From Desulfobacteria bacterium (GTDB lineage: Bacteria; Desulfobacterota; Desulfobacteria; Desulfobacterales; C00003060): 45,784 nt of DNA. The notes below the pieces were generated by a model, which saw only the letters and a program-made list of their open reading frames with translations, made no database searches and was not told the origin of the DNA. Made by a program: the position numbers and the translations under genes. The stretch is from the NCBI GenBank assembly GCA_041547605.1, contig JBFEUB010000002.1, forward strand, positions 1 through 45,784, given 5' to 3'. This document shows, piece by piece, positions 1 through 9,101 of this stretch (within the stretch, counting starts at the first letter, position 1; every line of letters begins with the position of its first letter).

Positions 1-17
1 GCGATTTAGCCAGGAGA

Positions 18-137
18 ATTGAAGCTCCCTGCAGCAAGCTGCAGGGAATCTTCGACTGTAAGGAAGGGGACCATTTTTAGAGTCGCTCGCTGACCCTGTA
101 GCAAGCTACAGGGAATGCGCTCGCTGTTGCAGGTCAA
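18..137 (+). repeat. MITE/REP-like dispersed repeat, long form (copy 1)
   Basis: Starts ATTGAAGCTCCCTGCAG and ends GGGAATGCGCTCGCTGTTGCAGGTCAA. It contains two hairpins, CCCTGCAG-CAAG-CTGCAGGG and CCCTGTAG-CAAG-CTACAGGG. It is the near reverse complement of the copy at 30419-30572. Confidence 0.8.
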
Positions 138-319
138 AAATCCTAAAATTGCACACCCACAAGTGAGCCAAATAGTATTTTCAATTGTCATCTATTCTTA
201 TCGGAACGTTATTCTGACAACCGCTATATGCCAAATTCCAGATACTGCTATTTTCGGCGGGGATGGTAGCAGAAACGAAAAAAGACATTCTTCCGAATGT
301 CTTAAGTCCCTGATTTCAC

Positions 320-394
320 TGGTAGGCACGACGAGATTTGAACTCGTGACCTCTACCGTGTCAGGGTAGCGCTCTCCCCCTGAGCTACGTGCCT
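320..394 (-). tRNA. tRNA-Val (anticodon GAC)
   Basis: The reverse complement reads AGGCACG-TA-GCTC-AGGGGGA-GAGC-G-CTACC-CTGACAC-GGTAG-AGGTC-ACGAG-TTCAAAT-CTCGT-CGTGCCT-A-CCA. This gives a full cloverleaf, a 7-nt anticodon loop with GAC, and an encoded CCA. Confidence 0.93.
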
Positions 395-482
395 GTGTAC
401 TTGTTGGCTATCAAGTATCGGGGATAGTGTCAAGAAAAATACAGCGTCTACAGCAGGATGTAGGGGGGCTCAAGGGCCGCCG

Positions 483-1040
483 TCAAGATTCTTCTTGCAG
501 AATATTCAGGCCTCTATAGATATATTGAAAGCCAGAAACCATGGTCATGCCAGCCGTAAACCAGAACAGCGGGGACTGAATGTAAGCGTGAGCTACACTG
601 GGTGCATGGTGCCCCACCAGGACAAAAAGCACGCTGGCTACCTGGGCCACCGTTGTGATCTTGCTAAGGATGGATGGCCTGGGCACAAACGTGCGACCAG
701 TGACGGTAAAAAGAGCTACCCCAAACAGGATAATGACATCGCGTGAGATCACAATGACAGCGAGCCAGCTCGGAATCACCTCCTGAATCGCTAAGGTCAC
801 AAACGCAGTGACCAACAGCAGCTTGTCAGCAGCCGGGTCTAGGAAGGCCCCGAGCGTGGTCTTCTGACGAAAAAGACGGGCTACAAGTCCATCTACACCA
901 TCACTAAACGCAGCAATTGCAAAGGCCAACAGGGCGAAATTCCAGAGGTGTTTGATCAGGAAGATCGCAAATAGGGGCGTCAACAGGACACGCAGAAGCG
1001 TCAGTGTATTCGGAACGTTTATGGGAATAGGGTCCCTCAC
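483..1040 (-). CDS. pgsA: CDP-diacylglycerol--glycerol-3-phosphate 3-phosphatidyltransferase (CDP-alcohol phosphatidyltransferase family)
   Basis: 185 aa and multi-TM. It carries the CDP-alcohol transferase motif DGVDGLVAR...GAFLDPAADK. The start codon is GTG. Confidence 0.85.
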   Translation of the reverse strand: MRDPIPINVPNTLTLLRVLLTPLFAIFLIKHLWNFALLAFAIAAFSDGVDGLVARLFRQKTTLGAFLDPAADKLLLVTAFVTLAIQEVIPSWLAVIVISRDVIILFGVALFTVTGRTFVPRPSILSKITTVAQVASVLFVLVGHHAPSVAHAYIQSPLFWFTAGMTMVSGFQYIYRGLNILQEES

Positions 1041-1530
1041 GCTTATTGCACCTTAATGGTAAACACAATGAAGATCTAAGAAGCAAGTGGCGGTTCGCTG
1101 ATAGAGGCGTTGCAAAACTCCAAGTTGTAGTAAAGATGTTGTTTTATCTTCATATGTTTCCATGGGCTTCATTGTATTCACGCACAATTAAGGATACATT
1201 CGGTCGCACGCCTGGTTCCATCGCACCCAGTCATCTGCGTCCACTTGAGGGTCAAAACGAAAGGGTTTTGTGACTGTTTCGTCCGGCAACAACGATCTGC
1301 TGCATAGCCCTAACAATATAAGTCCACTCTTCCATCGTAACAGGGTGTAATCCCGCAACCGGGTGAGAGCCTTCGCTTATTCGTCATTTGTTATCTGTTA
1401 TTTGCCGTCAACGTCTATCATCTGTGGGTTACGCCGTTCGTTGGGTCTTCGCCTGGGAGTCGGGTCATTTTTAAACCCGTTTGACGTCAACTCTTTGACA
1501 GCTGCGATGCACGCAGAGACTCTCTTTGTT

Positions 1531-2844
1531 TTACGAATCGGACATGCCGTCGGGTATCAGCTCAAGCCTCACCCCTTCTTCAGACACTTCTAAAATGTTG
1601 ACCACAAGATTCTCAAAGGGCTGCAACATCAGGTCATCAGCTAAAACCTTAGCACTTCCCATAATATCTACATCCATTATTGCGCCACCAGCACTGATAC
1701 TTCGCAAATACACATTTCTGACGCCCCGAATGTCATTTCTGAGATGTTTTCTAAACCTGACGAAATCAGCATACTCCTTAATGCCGTCTACAACCAATTC
1801 CACCAAAACGGAGTGACTCACCTCCTTGCCCCAGTTGGCCACAATTTGCCTCGTGAGATCCTCAGCAACTGCTGAGGCAGAGAGGATAAGAGCTTTCCCT
1901 CCTCCAGCCCCATCATTCCGACCAACCAAACCCTTGGTCTCGTCAGATGAAGCAATTATGGTTCCTGTGTCGGCGTTGATCGCACGCGTCCACACTGTGG
2001 CCTGAATGGACTTCATGTTGTTGTCAGAGGGGTCTCCAGTATGTCGAGCCACGGCCTTGCCGACGATAACCAGATCAGCACGAAACTTTCGCCCCAGCTT
2101 CAAAGCAGCATCATCGGTCAACTCGGGACCCGCGTATTCTCGCCCGAGCTGAACATCCTGAGCCACCGATGCCCGGTCCACAATGATAAAACCCTTTTTG
2201 CCCATGTACTCTGCAATGACATTTTCGGTCACCGACCTATCTTGACCGAATGGTGTTTTTCCCCACCAATATCGCGGAGAAGGCTCACCAATATTCTGCT
2301 CGGACAAAAAAAAGATGACTTCTGGCATCTCGTCACGCATGGCCAGGATACCGACACTTGAAAGTTTCTCTTCAATAGCATGCATCGAAACGGTGGCCTG
2401 CACTACCACACGATAGTATCTTCCGGACTTAGACTCCGTTAGGACTTTGTAGTCATGAATAAAGGCCTCAGTTTCATTGTAGACCCGATCACTCAAGAGC
2501 TGAAAGTTTTGTACGACCCAGGATGGGGAGACCAGGAGGCCGATCGCTGCTTCCACCACGCCTTGTAAGGCGTCTGCTATAGCATTATCTCTTGCCCTGG
2601 CGACATTATCGCGATAAATCGTGCCTCTACCAATAACGTGTACGGTCCTCGTCTGACTGGTCCCTTGCCCAGCTTCGACCCCGGCTGGAAACCCAGAAGA
2701 TCCCGGATTTGCAGAGAAGGCATCCGCTGGGAGCCTTGACTCTGCGAGTCGGAGAGCCTCTTGGCCCCAGGCCAAGGGGTTGAATGCTCCCGCACAACTC
2801 AGCACGAGTAAGACCAAACCAAAATGTTTCTTGAGACATTTCAT
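1531..2844 (-). CDS. secreted periplasmic protein, FlgT/LPP20-fold-like (function unknown)
   Basis: 437 aa with an N-terminal signal peptide (MKCLKKHFGLVLLVLSCAGA). The N-terminal segment resembles LPP20/FlgT-type folds by eye. It is the last gene of a three-gene minus-strand unit. Confidence 0.45.
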   Translation of the reverse strand: MKCLKKHFGLVLLVLSCAGAFNPLAWGQEALRLAESRLPADAFSANPGSSGFPAGVEAGQGTSQTRTVHVIGRGTIYRDNVARARDNAIADALQGVVEAAIGLLVSPSWVVQNFQLLSDRVYNETEAFIHDYKVLTESKSGRYYRVVVQATVSMHAIEEKLSSVGILAMRDEMPEVIFFLSEQNIGEPSPRYWWGKTPFGQDRSVTENVIAEYMGKKGFIIVDRASVAQDVQLGREYAGPELTDDAALKLGRKFRADLVIVGKAVARHTGDPSDNNMKSIQATVWTRAINADTGTIIASSDETKGLVGRNDGAGGGKALILSASAVAEDLTRQIVANWGKEVSHSVLVELVVDGIKEYADFVRFRKHLRNDIRGVRNVYLRSISAGGAIMDVDIMGSAKVLADDLMLQPFENLVVNILEVSEEGVRLELIPDGMSDS

Positions 2845-2935
2845 CCGATATTAAACGTCGCAAAGCGCCGCGGGCAAAGCATTTTCTATGCTTTGCTCTT
2901 AGCACTCTGCGCCATGCTCTTCGAGATCCACAGTC

Positions 2936-4108
2936 TTACGGATTGATCACAGCTCTTAGTTTGCGTATGATAAGCAAGGCATCAGCCCCTGAAACCGAGC
3001 CCATCGGGTCAAACTCGCCGGTAGTCATATCCTTGGTTTCCATAATGCTTCGGGTCGTGCTGACCATCACAGCATTATAGTAAGGAAGGTCATTCCTTAA
3101 ATCTGGAAAAGGCGATGGGCTGCCGATGAACTTGGTGGCAATTTCTTGGTCTCCCGTTACCTTGATCAGGATATCCTCGATCATCATAGCATACTCGGCC
3201 CGGGCAATCTTCTCGTCGGGCTTAAACGTGTGATCCGGATATGGCCCTAGCCCTTTAATACCCAACTCCATTACAGCTTCGACATCTGTTCTTAACACGT
3301 GGTCTGCAATGTCGAGCGCCGGTGACGTCTTGGCTAACTGTTCCGTTACAAACGGCTTCTCCGGGCTTTTAAAACGCGTGTCAAACACCTTCTTTATTGC
3401 GAAGATCTCATCTATCTTGAGTTCTTGGATAAAAAGCGCTGCAATATCTGCACGGGTGATCTGATCCACGAGGGCAATCTTCTTGCCAATCATGGTGCCA
3501 GGTGCTGCTCTTTGTATCCTCTGGAGCAGCTTCCATGCATCATTCGCCTCGACCACGAACCCGTCATTGATATCCAGGACCACTTTGAAAAGTTGGCTTG
3601 CATGCTCAAAGTCCAAGGCCTCTTTGTAGCATTCTCCCATATAGTAATGGGCAGCAGAAGCTTCAGGTAAAATATCGATCGCCCCTTCATAGGCACCCTT
3701 TGCCTTCTTAAGCCATTTCTTGTGAGCTAACTCCTTCCCCATTAGATACAGCCTTATCAGACCCACGTTGGCATCGACCTTTGCTTCCATGGCCTTTGCC
3801 AGGTCAACGGCCTTGTCCATATCCTCGATTCCCTCTTTGAATTCCCCCTTGTGTGCAAGGACCAATCCGGCGCCGACGTAAGCCCCTGAAAACTCTGGAT
3901 CTATCTCCTTGGCCAATTCAAATTCGCGCATGGCATCATCGTATTTACCCAGCTTGAGAAGTTTCATCCCACTCTGCACATGATGTTCGGGCGTGTCCAG
4001 GAGACTCTCTGGGGCGCGGACTTTAAGAGCACATCCCCGGGAAAAAATGGCGACCAGCCAAACCCCGGTTAGTATTACGACTATCGCTTTAGTCTTGGTC
4101 TTTATCAT
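2936..4108 (-). CDS. TPR-repeat lipoprotein with C-terminal SLH-like domain
   Basis: 390 aa with a signal/lipobox-like N-terminus (IFSRGC). TPR-like repeats are present (GKYDDAMREFELAKEIDPEF...). The C-terminal segment (FPDLRNDLPYYNAV...) resembles S-layer-homology repeats. Confidence 0.5.
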   Translation of the reverse strand: MIKTKTKAIVVILTGVWLVAIFSRGCALKVRAPESLLDTPEHHVQSGMKLLKLGKYDDAMREFELAKEIDPEFSGAYVGAGLVLAHKGEFKEGIEDMDKAVDLAKAMEAKVDANVGLIRLYLMGKELAHKKWLKKAKGAYEGAIDILPEASAAHYYMGECYKEALDFEHASQLFKVVLDINDGFVVEANDAWKLLQRIQRAAPGTMIGKKIALVDQITRADIAALFIQELKIDEIFAIKKVFDTRFKSPEKPFVTEQLAKTSPALDIADHVLRTDVEAVMELGIKGLGPYPDHTFKPDEKIARAEYAMMIEDILIKVTGDQEIATKFIGSPSPFPDLRNDLPYYNAVMVSTTRSIMETKDMTTGEFDPMGSVSGADALLIIRKLRAVINP

Positions 4109-4178
4109 AGCCTACACCCCCTGATTCGTTGCCAGTAAATCGTTATTCGAAGTAAGACACCCATTGTATGATGCCTGC

Positions 4179-5099
4179 TCAGTCCACAACAATCATGACG
4201 CGGCACTTCCTCAAGAAGGACAAGTTCTCGGATGCACCTCGAATCGTATCTGCATCCGCATTGCTGATGACGAAATCGGCCCGACTCGGCCCTTCTGTCT
4301 TCAGACCCTTGACGGTCAACGGCTGATTGGTCACCCGAGGATTGGTTTGGGACGCCGTTAGATCTTTTGCATATCCAGCCATTCCCTGTTGAACAGCGAA
4401 TTCCCGGCTCACATAGGCAGAACCGTAGACTTCCTGTCCTCTCTCGTCAAGAATCTTGGGGGCCATAGCCGGACGGGCGCCTAAACCGCAAGCATCCACC
4501 ACGAGTCCGGTGTAGATGGCTGGTGCCGGAGTCGGGATCGCGGGTTGCGGCGGCGCGGGCACCGCTACTCCCCCCACCGTTTCTTCCCCTGAGTCTGCAG
4601 GAGGCGCTGGAGCAATTGTCTTGATCTCTGGTAACTGTTTGATATCCTGGGGGAGCATGAGCTGGGCAAACCCGCCGCGAAGGCTCATAGCCACGGTCAC
4701 CTCCACCGTCCCGTCTGAAAGATATTCCCTCTGGATGGCTTGGGCCCCTTTAACCATCCCGTCCACCTGTGACCGGATCACGTCGCTGGCAACCATGGAG
4801 TCTTCAACTACAGTCACTGAGTTGATTCTCACCCCCTTGATAACCTCCAGCAGATTGCGGTAAGCGTTAAGCTGAGCTGACCTGAGAGCCATCGCAGGGG
4901 CCTGTGGCTTCCCGTAATACTTTTCAGGCGGCGATCCAATTCCCACAGCAGTTACAATTCCCTCGGACCAGTTAATGCTTCCATAGGTGCCAATATTTTG
5001 AACAACCTCTTGTGATTCTGCTAAAAACCCTTCCGTTGCTGGAAAAACAAGCATAAGTCCAATAAGAGCAATAACGACCAATTTGCTTTTTTCCATCAT
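4179..5099 (-). CDS. LPP20-domain lipoprotein with Pro-rich linker and C-terminal domain
   Basis: The ORF is 4179..5114. The likely start is the ATGATG at 5099/5096, preceded by GGAAGGAGAGGGA. It has a signal peptide and an LPP20-like segment (ALRSAQLNAYRNLLEVIKGVRINS...DGTVEVTVAM), followed by a PAPP-rich linker. Confidence 0.5.
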   Translation of the reverse strand: MMEKSKLVVIALIGLMLVFPATEGFLAESQEVVQNIGTYGSINWSEGIVTAVGIGSPPEKYYGKPQAPAMALRSAQLNAYRNLLEVIKGVRINSVTVVEDSMVASDVIRSQVDGMVKGAQAIQREYLSDGTVEVTVAMSLRGGFAQLMLPQDIKQLPEIKTIAPAPPADSGEETVGGVAVPAPPQPAIPTPAPAIYTGLVVDACGLGARPAMAPKILDERGQEVYGSAYVSREFAVQQGMAGYAKDLTASQTNPRVTNQPLTVKGLKTEGPSRADFVISNADADTIRGASENLSFLRKCRVMIVVD

Positions 5100-5344
5100 T
5101 CCCTCTCCTTCCATCCCTATTTAGAATGCTCACTCCAGCAGGATTTACCGAAAATGCAAAAAAATTGGTGGGTGCCAGTCTAACGCGGGTCAGCTCAATC
5201 ATAGATCCCTACAAAGCCTGCATCAATGAACCAGATCACTTGGTGCGTGTGAAATTGATCAGATTCCAATGAGGCTTCTCGAGGACCCCGCACCCGGCCC
5301 ATATACCCTGATTCACGGAATTTATCAATTGCAAAATGGGACTT

Positions 5345-5395
5345 AAAAAAGGCCGCCAAAAGGGACCTCACAGGCATGAAAGCCCCTTTTGGCGC
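5345..5395 (-). terminator. putative intrinsic terminator downstream of leuA
   Basis: On the minus sense: CGCCAAAAGGG, a 19-nt loop, CCCTTTTGGCG, then GCC and TTTTTT. There is a 3-nt gap between the stem and the T-tract. Confidence 0.45.
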
Positions 5396-5399
5396 AACG

Positions 5400-6992
5400 T
5401 CATGCGGTGGAAGGTATGGAAGACCTGTTTGGAGACGAAACATCGCCGCCCGATTGACGAGCTTCAGAATCACGCTGTATCAACCAATAGAGCCGATTGA
5501 TGGCCTGCACGTAAGCCTTGGCACTTGCCTTGAGGATATCTGTGCTGGATCCCCTGCCCAAGGCACGAAAACCCTCACGAGAGACCCGTACCGTGGCCAC
5601 ACCCATCGCCTCCTTGGTTTCGGTCACGGCCTTGACCTGAAAGTCTTCAAGTTTGTGATAAGCTCCCACAACCTTGTCAATCGCCTTGAAGATAGCGTCG
5701 ATAGGACCGTCACCCTGAGAACTCGCCTCCAGAATCACTTCCTCCCGTTGGATCCTCACCCGGGCCTCAGGAACCTCTCCGTTGCCCGTGGCCACTTTGT
5801 ATGATTCAAGTTCGTATAGTCTGCCGCCATGATCTACTTGGGCAAAAATGACGTCCTGGACAATGACAGCCACGTCCTCATCGTAGACCCGCTTTTTCTT
5901 ATCAGCAACAGACAGGAACTGATCGTAAACCGTCTCAAACTCTTGTTTTCCAAGATCATAGCCCATATCAGAAATTTTCTGTTTGAGTGCGTGCCTCCCC
6001 GATCTTGCCGTCAGGACCATAGCGTGCGCAGTGATCCCCACGTCCTCTGGGCGGATAACCTCATACGTGGAACGATCCTTTAGGATACCGTCCTGGTGAA
6101 TCCCAGAAGAATGGGCAAAGGCATTTGCGCCTACAATGGCCTTGTTGGCCTGAACCGGCATTCCCATCAACCGGCTGACCAACTTACTGGTCTTCATAAT
6201 CTCCGGGGTATTGACCGTGGTGAAGAAGTTGAAGAAGTCTTTCCGGGTCTTAATGGCCATGACCAGCTCCTCTAAGGAGGCATTTCCCGCCCTTTCTCCA
6301 AGGCCGTTCATCGTGCACTCGACTTGCCTTGCTCCATTTTCTATGGCGGCTAAGGTATTGGCCGTAGCCAAGCCTAGGTCATTATGGCAGTGAACACTGA
6401 GAACGATTCTGTCGATCTCTGAAACATTTTCCTTCAGATAAGCGATCAGTTGGCCAAACTGTTCGGGAACCGCATAACCAACCGTGTCTGGGATGTTAAC
6501 CACGGTAGCACCAGCAGCAACGACCTGTTCTACAACATTAACCAGATATTCCGGATCAGTCCTAGAAGCATCCTCAGGAGAGTACTCTATCTCAGGACAG
6601 AGAGATTTGGCGTACTTTAACGCCTCAAGGCCTCGCTCTAACTGCTTTTTTCGATCCGTACCAAACTTCTTCTGGATATGAATGTCTGACGATGGCAGGA
6701 ACACGTGAATTCGTGCTTTTTCAGCACCCTTTATGGCATTCCAGGCTGCATCAATGTCTTCAGGAACCGCGCGCGCCAATGCCACGATGGTAGGGCCCTT
6801 CACCTTCTCGGCAATCGCCTTCACGGCCTCAAAATCACCCGGAGATGAAATCGGAAACCCGGCCTCAATGGCATCCACGCCCAGACGGGCTAATTGCAAG
6901 GCGACTTCCAGCTTCTCTCGGGGGTTAAGGCATGCCCCTGGTATCTGTTCACCATCTCTCAATGTTGTGTCAAAAACAAAGATCTTTTCCAT
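5400..6992 (-). CDS. leuA: 2-isopropylmalate synthase
   Basis: Contains the DRE-TIM/HMGL-like motifs FDTTLRDGEQ and VHCHNDLGLATANTLAAIENGA, plus a C-terminal LeuA-dimer-like region. The start was moved to the ATG at 6992 (MEKIFVFDTT), which is preceded by GGAGGA. The 56-aa ORF extension to 7160 runs through the attenuator. Confidence 0.88.
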   Translation of the reverse strand: MEKIFVFDTTLRDGEQIPGACLNPREKLEVALQLARLGVDAIEAGFPISSPGDFEAVKAIAEKVKGPTIVALARAVPEDIDAAWNAIKGAEKARIHVFLPSSDIHIQKKFGTDRKKQLERGLEALKYAKSLCPEIEYSPEDASRTDPEYLVNVVEQVVAAGATVVNIPDTVGYAVPEQFGQLIAYLKENVSEIDRIVLSVHCHNDLGLATANTLAAIENGARQVECTMNGLGERAGNASLEELVMAIKTRKDFFNFFTTVNTPEIMKTSKLVSRLMGMPVQANKAIVGANAFAHSSGIHQDGILKDRSTYEVIRPEDVGITAHAMVLTARSGRHALKQKISDMGYDLGKQEFETVYDQFLSVADKKKRVYDEDVAVIVQDVIFAQVDHGGRLYELESYKVATGNGEVPEARVRIQREEVILEASSQGDGPIDAIFKAIDKVVGAYHKLEDFQVKAVTETKEAMGVATVRVSREGFRALGRGSSTDILKASAKAYVQAINRLYWLIQRDSEARQSGGDVSSPNRSSIPSTA

Positions 6993-7156
6993 GGGTTCCT
7001 CCGTGTGGTATTCTTTTTTCTTCCAACTATGGTTGTTTGCAAGCTTGCCAAGATCCCCTTCCTCTTCAACAAGATTGAGGCCCATTCGCCTCATCTCTCC
7101 ACTGGATCGCACGGTTATATGGCTTAGAGTTAACCATCCCGACAAGGACCCTGTGA

Positions 7157-7191
7157 CCAAAAAAAAGCCGCAGGTTCTTCTGCCTGCGGCC
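7157..7191 (-). terminator. attenuator terminator of the leuA leader
   Basis: On the minus sense: GCCGCAGG-CAGAAGAA-CCTGCGGC followed by TTTTTTTT. It lies about 165 nt upstream of the leuA ATG. Confidence 0.75.
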
Positions 7192-7216
7192 CGTCATCAT
7201 CTGAAATGTGCGTGAA

Positions 7217-7285
7217 TTACCGCAGGCAGACCCCTCCCTGAAGAAGCCCAAGAAGAAGCAAAAGGCCAGGCAGCAATAAACGCAT
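7217..7285 (-). CDS. Leu-rich leader peptide (22 aa, MRLLLPGLLLLLGLLQGGVCLR)
   Basis: The ATG at 7285 is preceded by GAGGA with a 6-nt spacer. 11 of 22 codons are Leu. The last codons (TCTGCCTGCGG, 7230..7220) are complementary to the 5' half of the downstream terminator (7189..7179). Confidence 0.7.
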   Translation of the reverse strand: MRLLLPGLLLLLGLLQGGVCLR

Positions 7286-7393
7286 GACAGATCCTCACAC
7301 AAAAACTTATTTATACAAATGCCACTACTAAAATCACAATATTCACTGCATGTCAACAAACTTTTTGTTGGGACTTGCCGCTGGCTGCCTATT

Positions 7394-7475
7394 CTGCACT
7401 GCAACAGCGAGCGCATTCCCTGTCCCGATTTATCCCAATTCATCGGGACTTATCGGGACTGCAGAAAGCATCAAT
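7394..7475 (-). repeat. MITE/REP-like dispersed repeat, short form (copy 2, one end degenerate)
   Basis: Reads CTGCAACAGCGAGCGCATTCCCTG, then a CCCGAT...ATCGGG hairpin core, then CTGCAGAAAGCATCAAT. Confidence 0.7.
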
Positions 7476-7723
7476 CCTACAGCCTTGGAGGCTGGGAGGG
7501 AGGCGCGTGCAGGGTATCGACTGGTCAAATGGGTTCGCCTGAAACAAATACCATTGCTTTTCCATACTCCTTTGGGTATATAAGTAACGTTGCACTGCCT
7601 CTTTTCTCTTGCGGGGCTCTTTTTCTACTTGCCTGCGATGGTTGGCTGAATGAAAAATGTTCGCACCATCAGGGACTGGGCAAGTAAGACGAGACATCAG
7701 AGCAAAATAAGGAGAATGGCGTG

Positions 7724-8065
7724 ATGTCCGAGTCTGGGGAAAGAAGATCTGAAACCAGGACCAGAATAGATGAGTATTATAGTGTCGAATTTTCGGTATC
7801 CGGTGCTGAGTACATATACCAGTTCAGAATATGGAACCTATCCCAACAGGGCATGTGTGTTGTGGTTAAAGAGGATTCCGATCTGTTGAAACATTTGAAG
7901 GTCGGTGACGTCATCAATCTAAAATACCATCCGGTTGACCTAAAAAATCCAACAGCAAACCTAAAAACACAAATCATGCATATCACCAATCAGGAACAGG
8001 GGCACTTCATAGGGCATGCCCTCGTTGGTTTGGCAATCCTGGAAGAACGAACTGCTAATGGGTGA
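7724..8065 (+). CDS. stand-alone PilZ-domain protein (predicted c-di-GMP receptor)
   Basis: Carries the RxxxR motif (RSETR) and, about 26 aa later, the D/NxSxxG motif (NLSQQG). The ATG at 7724 is preceded by AAGGAGA. A GTG at 7721 is an alternative start. Confidence 0.75.
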   Translation: MSESGERRSETRTRIDEYYSVEFSVSGAEYIYQFRIWNLSQQGMCVVVKEDSDLLKHLKVGDVINLKYHPVDLKNPTANLKTQIMHITNQEQGHFIGHALVGLAILEERTANG

Positions 8066-8120
8066 CGACCTTCTGGAGATGGGCGAAACGAGCAGGCTGT
8101 CCTCAAACTTAAAGGAGGAA

Positions 8121-9101
8121 CTACATCTGCCGGGTTAATACATAGTCAGCTATCTGCTCCAGGAGCTTTCGGGGTTGTGAAGGGCCAAAGATATCAAGGC
8201 ACGTTTTTGCTTGTTTGATGTGGTCCTGGGCACGCTCTCTGGTATATGCGATACCGCCGTACTTGTTGATAAGCTTCAACACGGTCTCAAAGTCCGCTTT
8301 TGTCATGTCCGTTTCTCGAATGGTAATTTCCAGGCGTCTGTGGTCCTCCCCGGTAGCTTGATTTAACGCGTAGATGACGGGTAAAGTCAGCTTCCCTTCC
8401 CTGAGATCCGTTCCTATAGGCTTTCCGAGTATTCTCGTGTCCGCAGTATAATCAAGTATATCGTCTGCCATTTGAAAGGCTATGCCGAGCTGATATCCAT
8501 AGTCGCGTAGTGCCTCTACGTGTTCCTCTGGCGCCCCGGCAAGCAATGCTCCCACTTGGCACGCTGCCTGAATCAGGCAGGCCGTCTTTCGCCTGATTAC
8601 TTCCATGTAAGCTGCCTCGTCTACAGCGAGATCTCCCCTGTGCAACAACTGGTGTATTTCTCCCTCGGACATTTGGGCTGTTGTGTGGGCGAGGATGTCA
8701 ATAATGGGAACAGAATCTGTTTTTGCTGCAATAGCAATGGAGCGGGCGAGCAGGAAGTCTCCTACTAGAACCGTAGCCGGGCTTCCCCAAATGGAATGGG
8801 CCACAGGGTTGCCGCGTCGCACAGCAGCATCGTCCACCACGTCATCATGAAGCAGCGTGGCAGCATGAAGGTATTCAAACACAACGGACAGGGTCTTATC
8901 ATGGTTTCCCTTGTAGCCGCAAAGTCTTGCTGAAAGTACCATAAGAAGTGGGCGAATCCGTTTCCCACCGCTAAACATAATATATTTGGCTACATGGGAC
9001 ACCATGGAAAGATAGGGCTCAAGGTTCTGGGTCAGGGCCACCTCAATTTCCGCCAGGTCTTGTTGCACCGATTCCAAGATCGTTTCCTTCAGGCCCTTCA
9101 T
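8121..9101 (-). CDS. ispB: long-chain polyprenyl diphosphate synthase (octaprenyl/IspB-like)
   Basis: Has the first DDxxD motif (LLHDDVVDD) with small residues upstream, and the second motif (FQMADDILD). 326 aa. Confidence 0.8.
   Translation of the reverse strand: MKGLKETILESVQQDLAEIEVALTQNLEPYLSMVSHVAKYIMFSGGKRIRPLLMVLSARLCGYKGNHDKTLSVVFEYLHAATLLHDDVVDDAAVRRGNPVAHSIWGSPATVLVGDFLLARSIAIAAKTDSVPIIDILAHTTAQMSEGEIHQLLHRGDLAVDEAAYMEVIRRKTACLIQAACQVGALLAGAPEEHVEALRDYGYQLGIAFQMADDILDYTADTRILGKPIGTDLREGKLTLPVIYALNQATGEDHRRLEITIRETDMTKADFETVLKLINKYGGIAYTRERAQDHIKQAKTCLDIFGPSQPRKLLEQIADYVLTRQM

Noticed and set aside
6-191. ORFs running through repeat copies and sharing the peptide CNSERIPC (6..191, 7319..7687, 17023..17256, 16868..17170).
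   Set aside because: The shared peptide is simply the translation of the conserved repeat end. The ORFs have no RBS or coding-like context and differ outside the repeat.
1041-1530. A 490-nt gap between pgsA and the upstream operon contains short minus-strand ORFs. One is a 41-codon ORF, MKPMETYEDKTTSLLQLGVLQRL.... Others are frame-shifted fragments such as ...FDPQVDADDWVRWNQACDRMYP*.
   Set aside because: These are too short and unrecognisable to call. They could be a decayed gene remnant or a leader, but nothing in the sequence supports a specific feature.
6993-7160. An N-terminal 56-aa extension of the leuA ORF, which would give a 586-aa product.
   Set aside because: The extension has no LeuA similarity and runs through the attenuator terminator. 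The internal ATG at 6992 has a GGAGGA RBS and gives the canonical MEKIFVFDTTLRDGEQ start.
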